Positions 19,041 to 29,086 of a DNA stretch of 64,000 bases are shown piece by piece. Both the position numbers and the translations under genes were made by a program. Source of the DNA: a virus (Duplodnaviria; Caudoviricetes); IMG/VR virus record IMGVR_UViG_3300028832_000114, positions 1 through 64,000 of that record; one strand, 5' to 3'. The first letter of the stretch is position 1. The number at the start of each line of letters is the position of its first letter. The notes beneath the pieces are model-generated. The model ran no database searches, was not told the DNA's origin, and saw only the letters and a list, made by a program, of their open reading frames with translations.

Positions 19041-19862
19041 TTATTCTGTTAAAGCTTTACAAGTTGAAGGGCCAACATATCCATCTACATTTAGATGTTT
19101 ATCTTTTTGGAATTTTTTAACTGCTGTATTTGTGGCAGGTCCAAATGAACCATCTACACCAGAACTTCCAACACTATAACCTAATTCAATTAATCTATTT
19201 TGTAACCATTTAACCATGATTACTGCTTTAACACCTTTATATAATTGATGTTTTGCACATGCAGCTGTAGTTGCTGGTCCAAATGATCCATCAACTGCAA
19301 GTCCACATTGCCATTGTTCATTCATTTTTTGTTGTAAAAGTTTTACTTGGTCAACTGGAACATCTTGATCACTATAATCTATATACTTAAGTAATCCATG
19401 ATAAGTCCATTTTAAATTTTTCTTTCCTTGATAATATCTGTTTCCTTTACTATCAATTTCACTAATTATTGCTTTTTTAGTTCCCCAACCAGTCGTATCT
19501 TCAAATACTTTTCCGTTTCCAATATAAATTCCTGTATGATTATATTTTGTATCTTTCATACATAAATATTCACCTGGAACTAAATTACTGAAATTAGTAG
19601 ATACTTTTGTACAATAATTTAATGCTCCATTACAAGTAAAATCTGCTACACCATTAGATTTGTATACTGTGCCACCACGAGATAAATTTTTATCCGCTTT
19701 AAAACCCCATAAAATACATTTTACTGATAAAACGCAATCAAATTGCCATTTTCCATTACTATTTAATTTACTTCAATTTTTACCACTATAATATACATTT
19801 GGTACGCTATTTACTAACCATTTCAATTTTTCAATAAATTGTTTACTTTTCATTACAGCCAT
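19041..19862 (-). CDS. Endolysin-like protein: NlpC/P60-type catalytic domain plus two PG_binding_1 repeats (one internal TGA)
   Basis: FDC...ILWG, HTGIYIG; two VDGSFGPAT repeats; AGGAGG SD before 19862. Confidence 0.85.
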
Positions 19863-19939
19863 AGTATAACCTCCTTTTACTTAATATTAAAAAAAGGTTA
19901 TTAAAATTAAACATTTTTGCTAAAATAAATAATAAAAAA

Positions 19940-20017
19940 TGGTCGGGGATGAGAGATTTGAACTCCCAATCTCTCGGTCCCAAACCGAGTGCCTTAGCCA
20001 AATTGGGCTAATCCCCG
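19940..20017 (-). tRNA. tRNA-Pro(TGG)
   Basis: Canonical cloverleaf. Confidence 0.95.
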
Positions 20018-20046
20018 ATATAAAAAGCTCTATATTAAGAGCTTAA

Positions 20047-20454
20047 CTAAATAATTTCTATTGTTTTTGTTTGTGGCAACTCTGCCTTTTTAGATGCGAT
20101 GGTAATATATAATAAACCATTTTTCATAGTTGAAGTAATATTATCTAAATCGCAACTAGTTTCATCACAAGAGAACTTAGAATTAATTGAATATGTTTTT
20201 CCTGTGATTTCATCTTTTGTTTTGCCTTCTATTAAAATATAATGTTTTCCATTAATACATTTAACAGAAACTTTTAAATCTTTTTTGTCTAATCCTAAAA
20301 CATTGTGAACAATAGTAATAGAACCGTCTTTATTATTATTGATTGAATAAGGGTGCATATCTTTTTCATCTCTAATAAATTTGTAGAATCCCTTATCTCA
20401 ATCGAAAGGGTCAACAGCCCAATCTAATAAATTAATATCATTTAATAAACTCAT
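20047..20454 (-). CDS. Small heat-shock protein (Hsp20), extended through one TGA
   Basis: GLDKKDLKVS, MKNGLLYITI alpha-crystallin motifs; AGGAGG SD. Confidence 0.8.
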
Positions 20455-20513
20455 AAAAACCTCCTAAAAATAAAAAATAAAATAAAAAAACTTAATATAG
20501 AGCTTATATAAAA

Positions 20514-20588
20514 TGGCTCGGGGTGGTAGATTCGAACTACCAAATGCAGGAGTCAAAGTCCTGTGCCTTACCGTTTGGCTAACCCCGA
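20514..20588 (-). tRNA. tRNA-Gln(TTG)
   Basis: Canonical cloverleaf. Confidence 0.95.
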
Positions 20589-20695
20589 ATGTAAAAACCC
20601 TCAAGGCGAAACTCGTATCTTGAGGTTGGACTTACACATATATTATATGCTGCCATGCGGCCGCCGGTTAATCATTTGACGAACCGCGGTTACCG

Positions 20696-20899
20696 CTAAA
20701 TCTTTATAGTGTTTAACCTTGTAATCCCATTCGCTTTTAACTGTCTTTTAGTTAAAGCAGCTGCAAGTCTTTTCATATTGGTTATTTTTTTAAATTTTCT
20801 AAACCAATATGAAGCAAGAAAATCTCTTCCTTCTACCACGTAATCGCGGTATTTCAGGAATGCCTCCTGTTCTTGCTTTAAAAGTGTTTGTTTTTCCAT
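20696..20899 (-). CDS. Small basic hypothetical protein
   Basis: ORF track; likely start MEKQ. Confidence 0.45.
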   Translation of the reverse strand: MEKQTLLKQEQEAFLKYRDYVVEGRDFLASYWFRKFKKITNMKRLAAALTKRQLKANGITRLNTIKI

Positions 20900-20938
20900 A
20901 AGTCTCACTTTCTTTGCATATAGCAATAAATTTCAAAA

Positions 20939-21014
20939 TGGTGGAGAGCAGGGGGCTCGAACCCCTGACCTCCTCGGTGCAAACGAGGTGCTCTCCCAGC
21001 TGAGCTAGCTCCCC
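20939..21014 (-). tRNA. tRNA-Ala(TGC)
   Basis: Cloverleaf, G3:U70. Confidence 0.95.
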
Positions 21015-21022
21015 ATTTATAT

Positions 21023-21099
21023 TGGTGGCTCTACTAGGACTTGAACCTAGAACCTATCGGGTATGAACCGATCGCTCTAGCCCATTGAGCTATAGAGCC
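21023..21099 (-). tRNA. tRNA-Met(CAT), elongator (Ile2 not excluded)
   Basis: Canonical cloverleaf, loop TTCATAC. Confidence 0.9.
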
Positions 21100-21180
21100 A
21101 TAAAAAACATACGCCTTTTATTTAATTTTCCAAAGAATATTAAATTTTAACGGTCTTCCGAAGATTCCGAGGGCACTATT

Positions 21181-21570
21181 TTAATTAGGCATAGCCGCCT
21201 TTTTAGTAATTTCAATTTTAAAGATATTGCCAAAGTGTTTAAAAGTAATAAATTTACCACTATTAACAGTGCAATCTACATTATTATCTTTTAACTTATT
21301 AACAATCATATCAACAATAGTATCTTTTGTTGCATCTCTAAATGCTTTTTTACCATCATTATCTAATAATTTAGTAGTAGTTTTAAAATCAACTTCATAA
21401 ATTTTATTATCTATAAGAACTAAATTATAAATGCCACTACCTGTTAATGAATATTTATGTTTATAATTTTCTTTAAATAGTTCTTGTAAAAAATCACTAT
21501 CAAAAGCCCACTCATATTCAGTTAAACAATTATTCTTTTCAAAAAATTTAAACTTTGACATATCCATCAC
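21181..21570 (-). CDS. Hypothetical protein
   Basis: ORF track. Confidence 0.6.
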   Translation of the reverse strand: MMDMSKFKFFEKNNCLTEYEWAFDSDFLQELFKENYKHKYSLTGSGIYNLVLIDNKIYEVDFKTTTKLLDNDGKKAFRDATKDTIVDMIVNKLKDNNVDCTVNSGKFITFKHFGNIFKIEITKKAAMPN

Positions 21571-21854
21571 TTCCTTATATAAATATTATATAATATTTTT
21601 ATAAAAAAGTAAAATATATATAAAAAATGGCGGTTCATTGAGTAATCCTATGTCTTAGGTCAAGTAGAGTTTCTCCAAAGATTACATCTCGTTACCAAAA
21701 TTGCACTTTCGTTTTAAAATCTTGATATGCGGTTACCCTGCATATGACTTGATTGCCACTTAGTACACACTTCAAACTCAATAAACATCGGTCTAGAAGT
21801 TTTCCTTAACAATAATTTGCTATTAACTAGAATACCGTGCCATTTATTACTTAT

Positions 21855-21928
21855 TGGAGCGGATAAGGGGAATTGAACCCCTACAAACAGCTTGGAAGGC
21901 TGTAATTCTACCATTAAACTACATCCGC
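21855..21928 (-). tRNA. tRNA-Gly(TCC)
   Basis: Canonical cloverleaf. Confidence 0.95.
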
Positions 21929-21931
21929 ATA

Positions 21932-22007
21932 TGGTGCCGACTGTAGGAATTGAACCCACAACCTACTGATTACAAATCAGTTGCTCTACCGATTGAGCTA
22001 AGTCGGC
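21932..22007 (-). tRNA. tRNA-Thr(TGT)
   Basis: Canonical cloverleaf. Confidence 0.95.
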
Positions 22008-22635
22008 AAATCGTGGATTCTTTCTTTATAAAGGAAGAAGAATCCGTAAGAAACCTTATAATATTGCAATATATATTACTGTTCGGTACAGTAATAACCA
22101 ACAGTAGCCAATCATAGGCAAGTACGTCCTTCTATTTTTTGTTTTACCTATAAAGGTCGCCGAAGCTAGGCTGGGTCTGTTATCTCCCGTCTACGTATAC
22201 GTACAATACTCCGCTCCTTTAACACTAGGTTAATGAGCAATGTAGAGCCACGCTCTCTACTCGTGCCTTTTCTCCGATAAAACTCGGACTCGGTCAGCCT
22301 TATAAGTCTATATATAAAATATAGCGAACCCGATGTCGTATTATGTTCGAATTTTCCTAATTTATATTGCGGTATTCAGTCCTCGTAACTCGTTTCTGGT
22401 CCCGCACAAGCCCCATAAAATATATCCCTCATCCCGAGTCGCCCGTATCTTGATATATTCTATATAGTTTTTACTATTCCTTCAGTTAATGGATAAGCAA
22501 TAGTTAAGCAACCAACTATCTCTTTATACCATAGCGGCAGTGAGGTTTCTTACGCCCAAATCTCACTAAACGGTGTGGTCTATCTGCCAGTAAAACTATA
22601 AACTTGGCACGCGTGACACAGCCCGCGTATTAATA

Positions 22636-22854
22636 TTATTCTTCATCACTATCTTCATTTTCAATAGTTTTTTTAACTTTAAATTTTACTCCTGTAAAAT
22701 CGTTTTCATCAAGAATAATATCGCATTTATCATACGCTGCTTCAACTTTTGCAACAGCGTTTTGCTCATTTTCAGCTTCTACTTCAACTCTTTTTTTAAG
22801 AGTTTCAATAACCGTTACATAATATGTATTTTCTTTTGAATTCATATTTCTCAC
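22636..22854 (-). CDS. DpnD/PcfM-like small protein
   Basis: VTVIETL..RVEVEA....A...V...Y....IILD..DF pattern. Confidence 0.6.
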   Translation of the reverse strand: MRNMNSKENTYYVTVIETLKKRVEVEAENEQNAVAKVEAAYDKCDIILDENDFTGVKFKVKKTIENEDSDEE

Positions 22855-23472
22855 TTCCTTTTTATATATTAATTATATAATATTTTTTAAAAATAATCAA
22901 TATATAAATTTTACTTCCATAATATTCTTCAAAAGTAGATAGACAATAGTAACAAAAAATGTCCTTTTTTTAGAATTATTTCAGCGGCGGCCGCCGATCC
23001 ATCAAATGTAAAATCTAAATTCTACAAATGACAGGCCAACTGCCGCCGCATATACAATTTAGGAAACCTCCTCACGTTCTGTTTTACAAATTACTTTACT
23101 GCATAAAGCAAATTATTTTTCTCAAAGAGCGACCTTGATACTTATTCACTCGCTTATCGGAGCAACTCGTTCTGCAGTGGAGTCTAACCTTTAGCAAGAG
23201 AAGATACTTAAATCTCCTTAGGTAATTTAACCGTAATGTATATTTTGGCAAGTTTCTTAAATAAGGGACTTAGGTTAAGATTTTACGAAACTTACAAATA
23301 TTATCTCTAGCCCCAACCAATATTGATATTGTTAATAATACTTAAAAAATAATTCAATAGTAAGTAAACCTATAAACTCTTTAGGAGCGTATCGCTTCCT
23401 CTTACTAAATCATTATTTTTCTTTTTCTTATTAACAAATATATTATACTATAAAATTTTTTAAAATACAATT

Positions 23473-23793
23473 TTATAAACCTAACGCCCTTAATAAATCA
23501 TTAACATTGTTTTTTTCATCTTCTGTTGGTTCAACAATAGGTTTAGATGTTGTTGTTTCAACATCTTCAAATTCTATTTTATTTGCGGCAATACCTGGTA
23601 CTGCATTGTCAGCACCCTGTTCAACATTTTCTTTAGCCGCAGTTAAAGTAACTTTAATTTGAATAGTTTCTCCATTTTCTAAGATAGGAATTCTTATTTC
23701 TTTTCCATCATTATATAAAAATGAACCTTCAAAATTACTTAATATTTTCTTCTGTATTTCCGCTTTCGCTATCTGACCCTTCGCCATCTTCAA
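23473..23793 (-). CDS. Hypothetical phage protein
   Basis: ORF track. Confidence 0.65.
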   Translation of the reverse strand: MKMAKGQIAKAEIQKKILSNFEGSFLYNDGKEIRIPILENGETIQIKVTLTAAKENVEQGADNAVPGIAANKIEFEDVETTTSKPIVEPTEDEKNNVNDLLRALGL

Positions 23794-24607
23794 AATCTCC
23801 TCTCACAATTCTTAAATCTGTTTTGCCTAATGATTGAGCTAATGCAGCAGTGTGATAACACATTTTACATATGTCACCTTTCATACATTTTCTACCACAA
23901 TATACTCTTTTTATTCCAAACCTAGGAACTAAACAAGTACTATCTAAAGAATCTTTTAATCCAATAATAATTTCTTTTAGATCTCCCATCCATTTACCAT
24001 CTATTGCATATATTTCATAATATATTTTTTGTTTTTTCCCATCTCCAAAAAATTCAAAAACATCAATATAATCTTCATACAATTCAACATCTTCTGGGCG
24101 GATTCAAAATTTACATATATCATCAAGTTTTTCATATTGTGATTGAGCTACATTTGGAAACGCTCTAACTTGAACATTTTTAGAATGTGCTATTTCTGCA
24201 ACTTTATCAACTTCAAAACCTAATTGTTCTGTAATAAAAACATCTGTAACCCCATAATCTAAATATTCATATAACATATCTCAATTATTAATATATACAT
24301 TAAAATATATTTTACATTCAGGATACATTTTTTTAAGTTCTGCCGCATATGTTGTATCTCATTTAGACAGACGAATTTTTACATTGTATTCAGGATTATT
24401 TTTTTGAAAATCAAAACATATAAATACTTTTTTTTCATTAATTGCATCATCAAGATTGTTAATACATAAATTAATCCTTTGGTCTTTATGTAATTCGCAA
24501 TATTCTTTTAAATCATCTAATTTAGTTTTTAAAACATCAATATTTATTTCATTAACTTCTTCAAAATAATTTAAATCTTTTCCCTGAAAATCAATACAAT
24601 ATTTCAT
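23735..24607 (-). CDS. Hypothetical protein (possibly U32-peptidase-like), joined through three TGA
   Basis: Track fragments 24359-24607 and 23735-24082 are one frame; C-terminal Cys cluster. Confidence 0.7.
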
Positions 24608-24652
24608 AAAACCTCCTAAAAATAAAAAGTGTTGAACTCAACACTTTATTAA

Positions 24653-25060
24653 CTATGCTAAGCGATATGCTTTTCTAGTTTTTCCATCGTCAGATTTAAC
24701 ATCTGTTTTTTCAACTTCACCAAGAGTTACTAATTGAGTTAAACGAGCGATAACTTTTGCTTTTGAAATTTCTTCATCATTAATAGCTGATACAATATTT
24801 TCAACTGTTTGAAAATCATTAGTTAATACTGATTTAACTGTTTCTCTTAATTCGTCTCCTTCAGCTCTCTTCTCAGCAGCTCTTTCTTTTGCTTTTTCAG
24901 CTCTCTTATCAAGAGTGTCAATTTGATTTTGAACGAAATCGATTAATTCTTGTGATTCATCTTTCTCAGTTAAAATACTTAAAATTTCATTGTAGTAATC
25001 TTTCTTAGTTAATTTTTTGTCTTCCATAATCTTATTCTCCTTTTCTCTTTCGTTTTTCAT
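24653..25060 (-). CDS. Small winged-helix-like protein; paralog of 3479-3814
   Basis: Shared motifs. Confidence 0.6.
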   Translation of the reverse strand: MKNEREKENKIMEDKKLTKKDYYNEILSILTEKDESQELIDFVQNQIDTLDKRAEKAKERAAEKRAEGDELRETVKSVLTNDFQTVENIVSAINDEEISKAKVIARLTQLVTLGEVEKTDVKSDDGKTRKAYRLA

Positions 25061-25922
25061 AATAATATTATATTACAAATTTTTTTGAAAATCAACTGTA
25101 CCCATTATCCTATCCAGTTCATATGACTTTGGATTGCATCTAATAAATCATGCTCATCTGCAACAGTTAATTCATCTATTCTATAGTTATTTGCAACTAA
25201 CATTCTTTCTAATATATCTAAAGCACTATCATTTTCATTTGCACAATAGATGTAGTATCCAATATGCGGCATTAATTCCTCTTTAATGCTAACACTATTA
25301 CGAATATGAAATCTAACACCATCAACAAATGGATTTCCCCCATCTTTACTAGGATCTAATGGATTTTCAAATCTAAACATATTCATCTCCTCCTTTTTCT
25401 ACTTCTTCAATTTTTGGACTTGAAATTATTATTTCATCTACATTATGAAAACGCTTTTTAAGTTCTTTGCTTAAATGAACCCCATATATATCTTCTTTAA
25501 GCTCACCCAACCAATCTATTTCATCAATATAGCCATTTTTTAATTTAACAAAATCTCCTGTTTTCATAACTACTCCTCATCATTATTTAATATATTAAAT
25601 ATTTCACATAATTCTTCTTGAGTTGCTGGTTCACCATCAATAGTATCCATATCAAAAATTATCATATCTAATTCTTTTTGTGCTAATTTCTGTTTTTCTA
25701 TTAAACGATTAATAAAATCTTTTTGTATTGCAATAACTTTATTTAATCTTTTTATTTCGTCTTTATATTCGTTAAATTGGTCTACTACCCAATCTGTTAA
25801 ATCGTGCATCTTATCACCTTTTCTTTCTTTACATTTATATTTTATAATATTTTTTAAAAATAATCAATAAGAACGTGCGGCCGCCGATCTATCAAATACA
25901 TAATCTGGGTTATTTCTGGATC

Positions 25923-25951
25923 TTGACAATTATAAAAAAATATTATATAAT
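25923..25951 (+). promoter_or_regulatory. Consensus sigma70 promoter at the strand-switch point
   Basis: TTGACA-N17-TATAAT; divergent promoter near 25840-25868. Confidence 0.75.
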
Positions 25952-26073
25952 CACGCGTGTGCACGCGCGCGTATATTAAAATAAGGTTGGACATCGCTGC
26001 CAGCCCCACACGATTTTATTGATAATTTTTTAAAAATATTATATAATTATTATATATGAGATAGAAAAGAAAG

Positions 26074-26442
26074 GTGATGAAGATGAATATGTCTCAAAGC
26101 AGGTTCTTTTGTACAGAATGTGGAAATGAAGGAATTCCTATTATGCGTCCTGCAGGACAACAAAGAGAACCTGGTCATTTAAAAAAATTGTATTGTATCC
26201 ATTGTAAAAAAGAAGTTAATCACGCAGAGGTTCGTGAAATAGGTGGATATACTGAAGAAGATTTTAGAAAAGAATTTGAACTCGGTCGATTTAAAGATGG
26301 TCAACGAGTTGAAGGTAAGAATCTTTTACTATGTTCTAATGTAACCTGTCCTTTTAATATAAAAGGTAAATGTTGGAATAGTAATAATTCAAATGATTGT
26401 GGTTATAAGCCGGTTTATGAGGAGGGTGATAAAAATGAGTAA
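26074..26442 (+). CDS. Zn-ribbon protein (L33-like first domain)
   Basis: CTECG...KKLYCIHCKK..NH. Confidence 0.65.
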   Translation: MMKMNMSQSRFFCTECGNEGIPIMRPAGQQREPGHLKKLYCIHCKKEVNHAEVREIGGYTEEDFRKEFELGRFKDGQRVEGKNLLLCSNVTCPFNIKGKCWNSNNSNDCGYKPVYEEGDKNE

Positions 26443-26890
26443 AATGTATGTAATGATAGGATTGCCCGGATGTGGTAAAAGCACATACATAGCAACACAT
26501 AAACAGCCTGACGATATAATTGTATCAAGAGATGTAATTCGTTATAGTATGCTAAAAGATGGCGATGCATATTTCTCAAAAGAAAAAGCAGTGTATAATG
26601 AATTCATAAGACAAATAAATGCGGCAATCGAAACTGGAAAAACTGTATGGGTAGACCAAACATCTTTAAACCGTGGATCCCGCAGTAAATTATTTAGTCA
26701 TATAGCTACTAAACCAGACACTGTAGTTGGTATTTATATGAATATTCCTCTTGATACAGTATTAGCCCGCAATTCTTTAAGGACTGGACGAGCTCTAGTT
26801 CCTGAAGATGCTATTTTAAATATGTGTTTTCATTTTGAAGAACCGCAAGAGTGTGAAGGATTTGATTATATAGTGGAGGTGAAACATTAA
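26435..26890 (+). CDS. Polynucleotide kinase-like P-loop kinase (AAA_33)
   Basis: GLPGCGKST, SRDVIR, RN..R lid. Confidence 0.85.
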   Translation: MSKMYVMIGLPGCGKSTYIATHKQPDDIIVSRDVIRYSMLKDGDAYFSKEKAVYNEFIRQINAAIETGKTVWVDQTSLNRGSRSKLFSHIATKPDTVVGIYMNIPLDTVLARNSLRTGRALVPEDAILNMCFHFEEPQECEGFDYIVEVKH

Positions 26891-27124
26891 TGAAATCAAT
26901 ATGTAGATATTTAAAATTAAGAAAATTAAAATCTGGAGTTGCAAAAGAAAGCTGGGAAAAATTAGAAGGACAAGAATTTTTAGTTGTGTTTTTTGATGGA
27001 ACAACAGAATGGTGCATTGATAAAGATGAATTATATACTTGTTTATCAAAAGACCATATAAAACAAATTCATTATATTTTTGATATGACAGATAGAATTG
27101 CAGTTGAACGAAGCATAATGATTA

Positions 27125-27706
27125 ATGCTGAGGACATTTAATATGGAAAAGAAAATTTGGTTCACAAGTGATACTCACTTTGGACATAATAAAGAATTTT
27201 TATATGAACCTCGCGGCTTTGCATCAATAGAACAACATGATTGGGAAATTATCCGTAATTGGAATTCTGTAATAGGACCAGATGATGAAGTATACCATCT
27301 AGGCGATATGATGCTGGTAGATAATGAGCACGGAATGCATTGTATTCGTATGCTTAATGGTCATATTCACCTTATTCTAGGTAACCATGATACTGAAAGC
27401 AGACATGTATGTTATGAAGAGTGTCCTAATATATATGAAATTGTTTTTGCAACTCAATTAAAGTATAAGAAAAATTATTTCTTTTTATGCCACTATCCAG
27501 TGATAACCGCAAACTATGATGACCAAAAACCATGGGCTATGCATTTAATTAATCTATTTGGTCATACACATCAAAAAGAAAAATTTTATAATGATAATCC
27601 ATATATGTATAATGTAGGACTAGATGCACATAATAATTACCCTGTTGAAATTAATGAAATTATTGCCGATATCAAGGCTAAAAAAGAAACACTTGATAGA
27701 CAATAA
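27125..27706 (+). CDS. Calcineurin-like metallophosphoesterase
   Basis: SDTHFGH, HLGD, GNHD, GHTH. Confidence 0.9.
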   Translation: MLRTFNMEKKIWFTSDTHFGHNKEFLYEPRGFASIEQHDWEIIRNWNSVIGPDDEVYHLGDMMLVDNEHGMHCIRMLNGHIHLILGNHDTESRHVCYEECPNIYEIVFATQLKYKKNYFFLCHYPVITANYDDQKPWAMHLINLFGHTHQKEKFYNDNPYMYNVGLDAHNNYPVEINEIIADIKAKKETLDRQ

Positions 27707-27744
27707 TTTTTTTCTTATAATAACAATAGAATAGGAGAATAAAA

Positions 27745-27984
27745 ATGTTTAAAATATTTAAAACTTTAATCTTAATTATTTGATTAATTGATATATTAAA
27801 TATTGATTTTATTATTAATAATATTCATATTGCACAATTTTTAGATACTACATTACCAATAAACTTTTGATTTTGGTTATTGTTTTGATTATTAGTGCCA
27901 ACATCTCAATTAGTTACAATAAATAAAGATTATGATTATATTACTGATAAATATTTAAGAATTAAAAGAAATAGAAAGGATTAA
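27745..27984 (+). CDS. Small membrane protein with three TGA(Trp)
   Basis: AGGAG SD, two hydrophobic segments, TAA stop. Confidence 0.6.
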
Positions 27985-27988
27985 TATT

Positions 27989-28450
27989 ATGAATTGGAAA
28001 ATTAAAGATGCTTGGTTTGCTAAAGAAACTGGTATATCTAGTGTAACAATTAGTACACGATTAGGTTTATTTAATGGCAGTAGTTTAGTTCATCCTGATG
28101 ATAAAGATATTGCTTCTGAGTTCGAAGGTTGTCGTTATGCTGAAGGTAGAGCCGCTATCGAATATTTAAAAGAAGAAAAAAGAATTGCAATAATTAAATT
28201 AGAAACATTAAAAGATTTATATAAAAATTATGAGCAAATGAAATATTTTAGTGAGAATAAAAAAGAAATTAAAACGTTAAAAGCAAAAATAAGAGATTGT
28301 GAAAATAAATTAAATGAAATTACAAAAGGAATTGAAGGAATTAAAAAACATCTTGCCTATTCAATGGAAAATTACAGAAAAGATAGAGAAGAATTTTATA
28401 ATACAGTAAATAAAAATAGAGAAAAAAAGAAATTAGTTCCTGAGGACTAA
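27989..28450 (+). CDS. Hypothetical coiled-coil protein
   Basis: ORF track. Confidence 0.65.
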   Translation: MNWKIKDAWFAKETGISSVTISTRLGLFNGSSLVHPDDKDIASEFEGCRYAEGRAAIEYLKEEKRIAIIKLETLKDLYKNYEQMKYFSENKKEIKTLKAKIRDCENKLNEITKGIEGIKKHLAYSMENYRKDREEFYNTVNKNREKKKLVPED

Positions 28451-28476
28451 TTTTTTTATTAAGGAGTTGATAATAT

Positions 28477-29022
28477 ATGAGAACAATTATTCGTTTATAC
28501 ACTGATGGAGCTTGCAATAACAATCCTGGTATCGGAGGTTGAAGTTGTATAAGATATGATGCGGAAACTAATACTATATATGATGCTTATACAGGCGGAG
28601 AAGAGACCTATATGGATGGACACCTCGTGCAAAAGAAAGAAACAACAAACAATCGTATGGAGTTAAAAGGTCTAATACAAGCATTAGAATTAGCCACTAC
28701 AAAATATCAAGATTGTGATGTATTAATATATAGCGACAGTGCTTATGTTGTTAATATGTTTAATACTTGAATATACAGTTGAGCTAAAAATAATTGGATA
28801 AACAGCTCAAAAGGAGAAGTTAAAAACTTAGATTTAGTTAAAAAAATATATGAATATACAAAAGTAGATTTCCCTAACTATGGTGTATATAAGATCGCGG
28901 GTCATAACAATGAAATTGGAAATGAACTTGCGGATGCCTACGCTGTTGCGGAAAGAAGCGGAGATGCAACAAAATTAGCCAAAATTTTAAAAGAAAATAA
29001 TATTACTCTTGCCATAGAGTAA
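28477..29022 (+). CDS. rnhA: Ribonuclease HI (three internal TGA=Trp; missed by ORF track)
   Basis: YTDGAC..NPG.GGW, TTNNRMEL, SDSAYV, AGH....GNELAD. Confidence 0.93.
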
Positions 29023-29086
29023 TTTTTTGATTTTAGAGGAAAATTTTGATATAATTATATTAGATGATTTTTAGAAAGGAGAAAAT

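Noticed and set aside
21714-21959. 81-aa ORF
   Set aside because: Overlaps tRNA-Gly and tRNA-Thr; no SD.
11392-22007. Theta/HDV-like or hammerhead ribozymes beside tRNAs
   Set aside because: I could not identify the conserved cores by eye; a motif search is needed.
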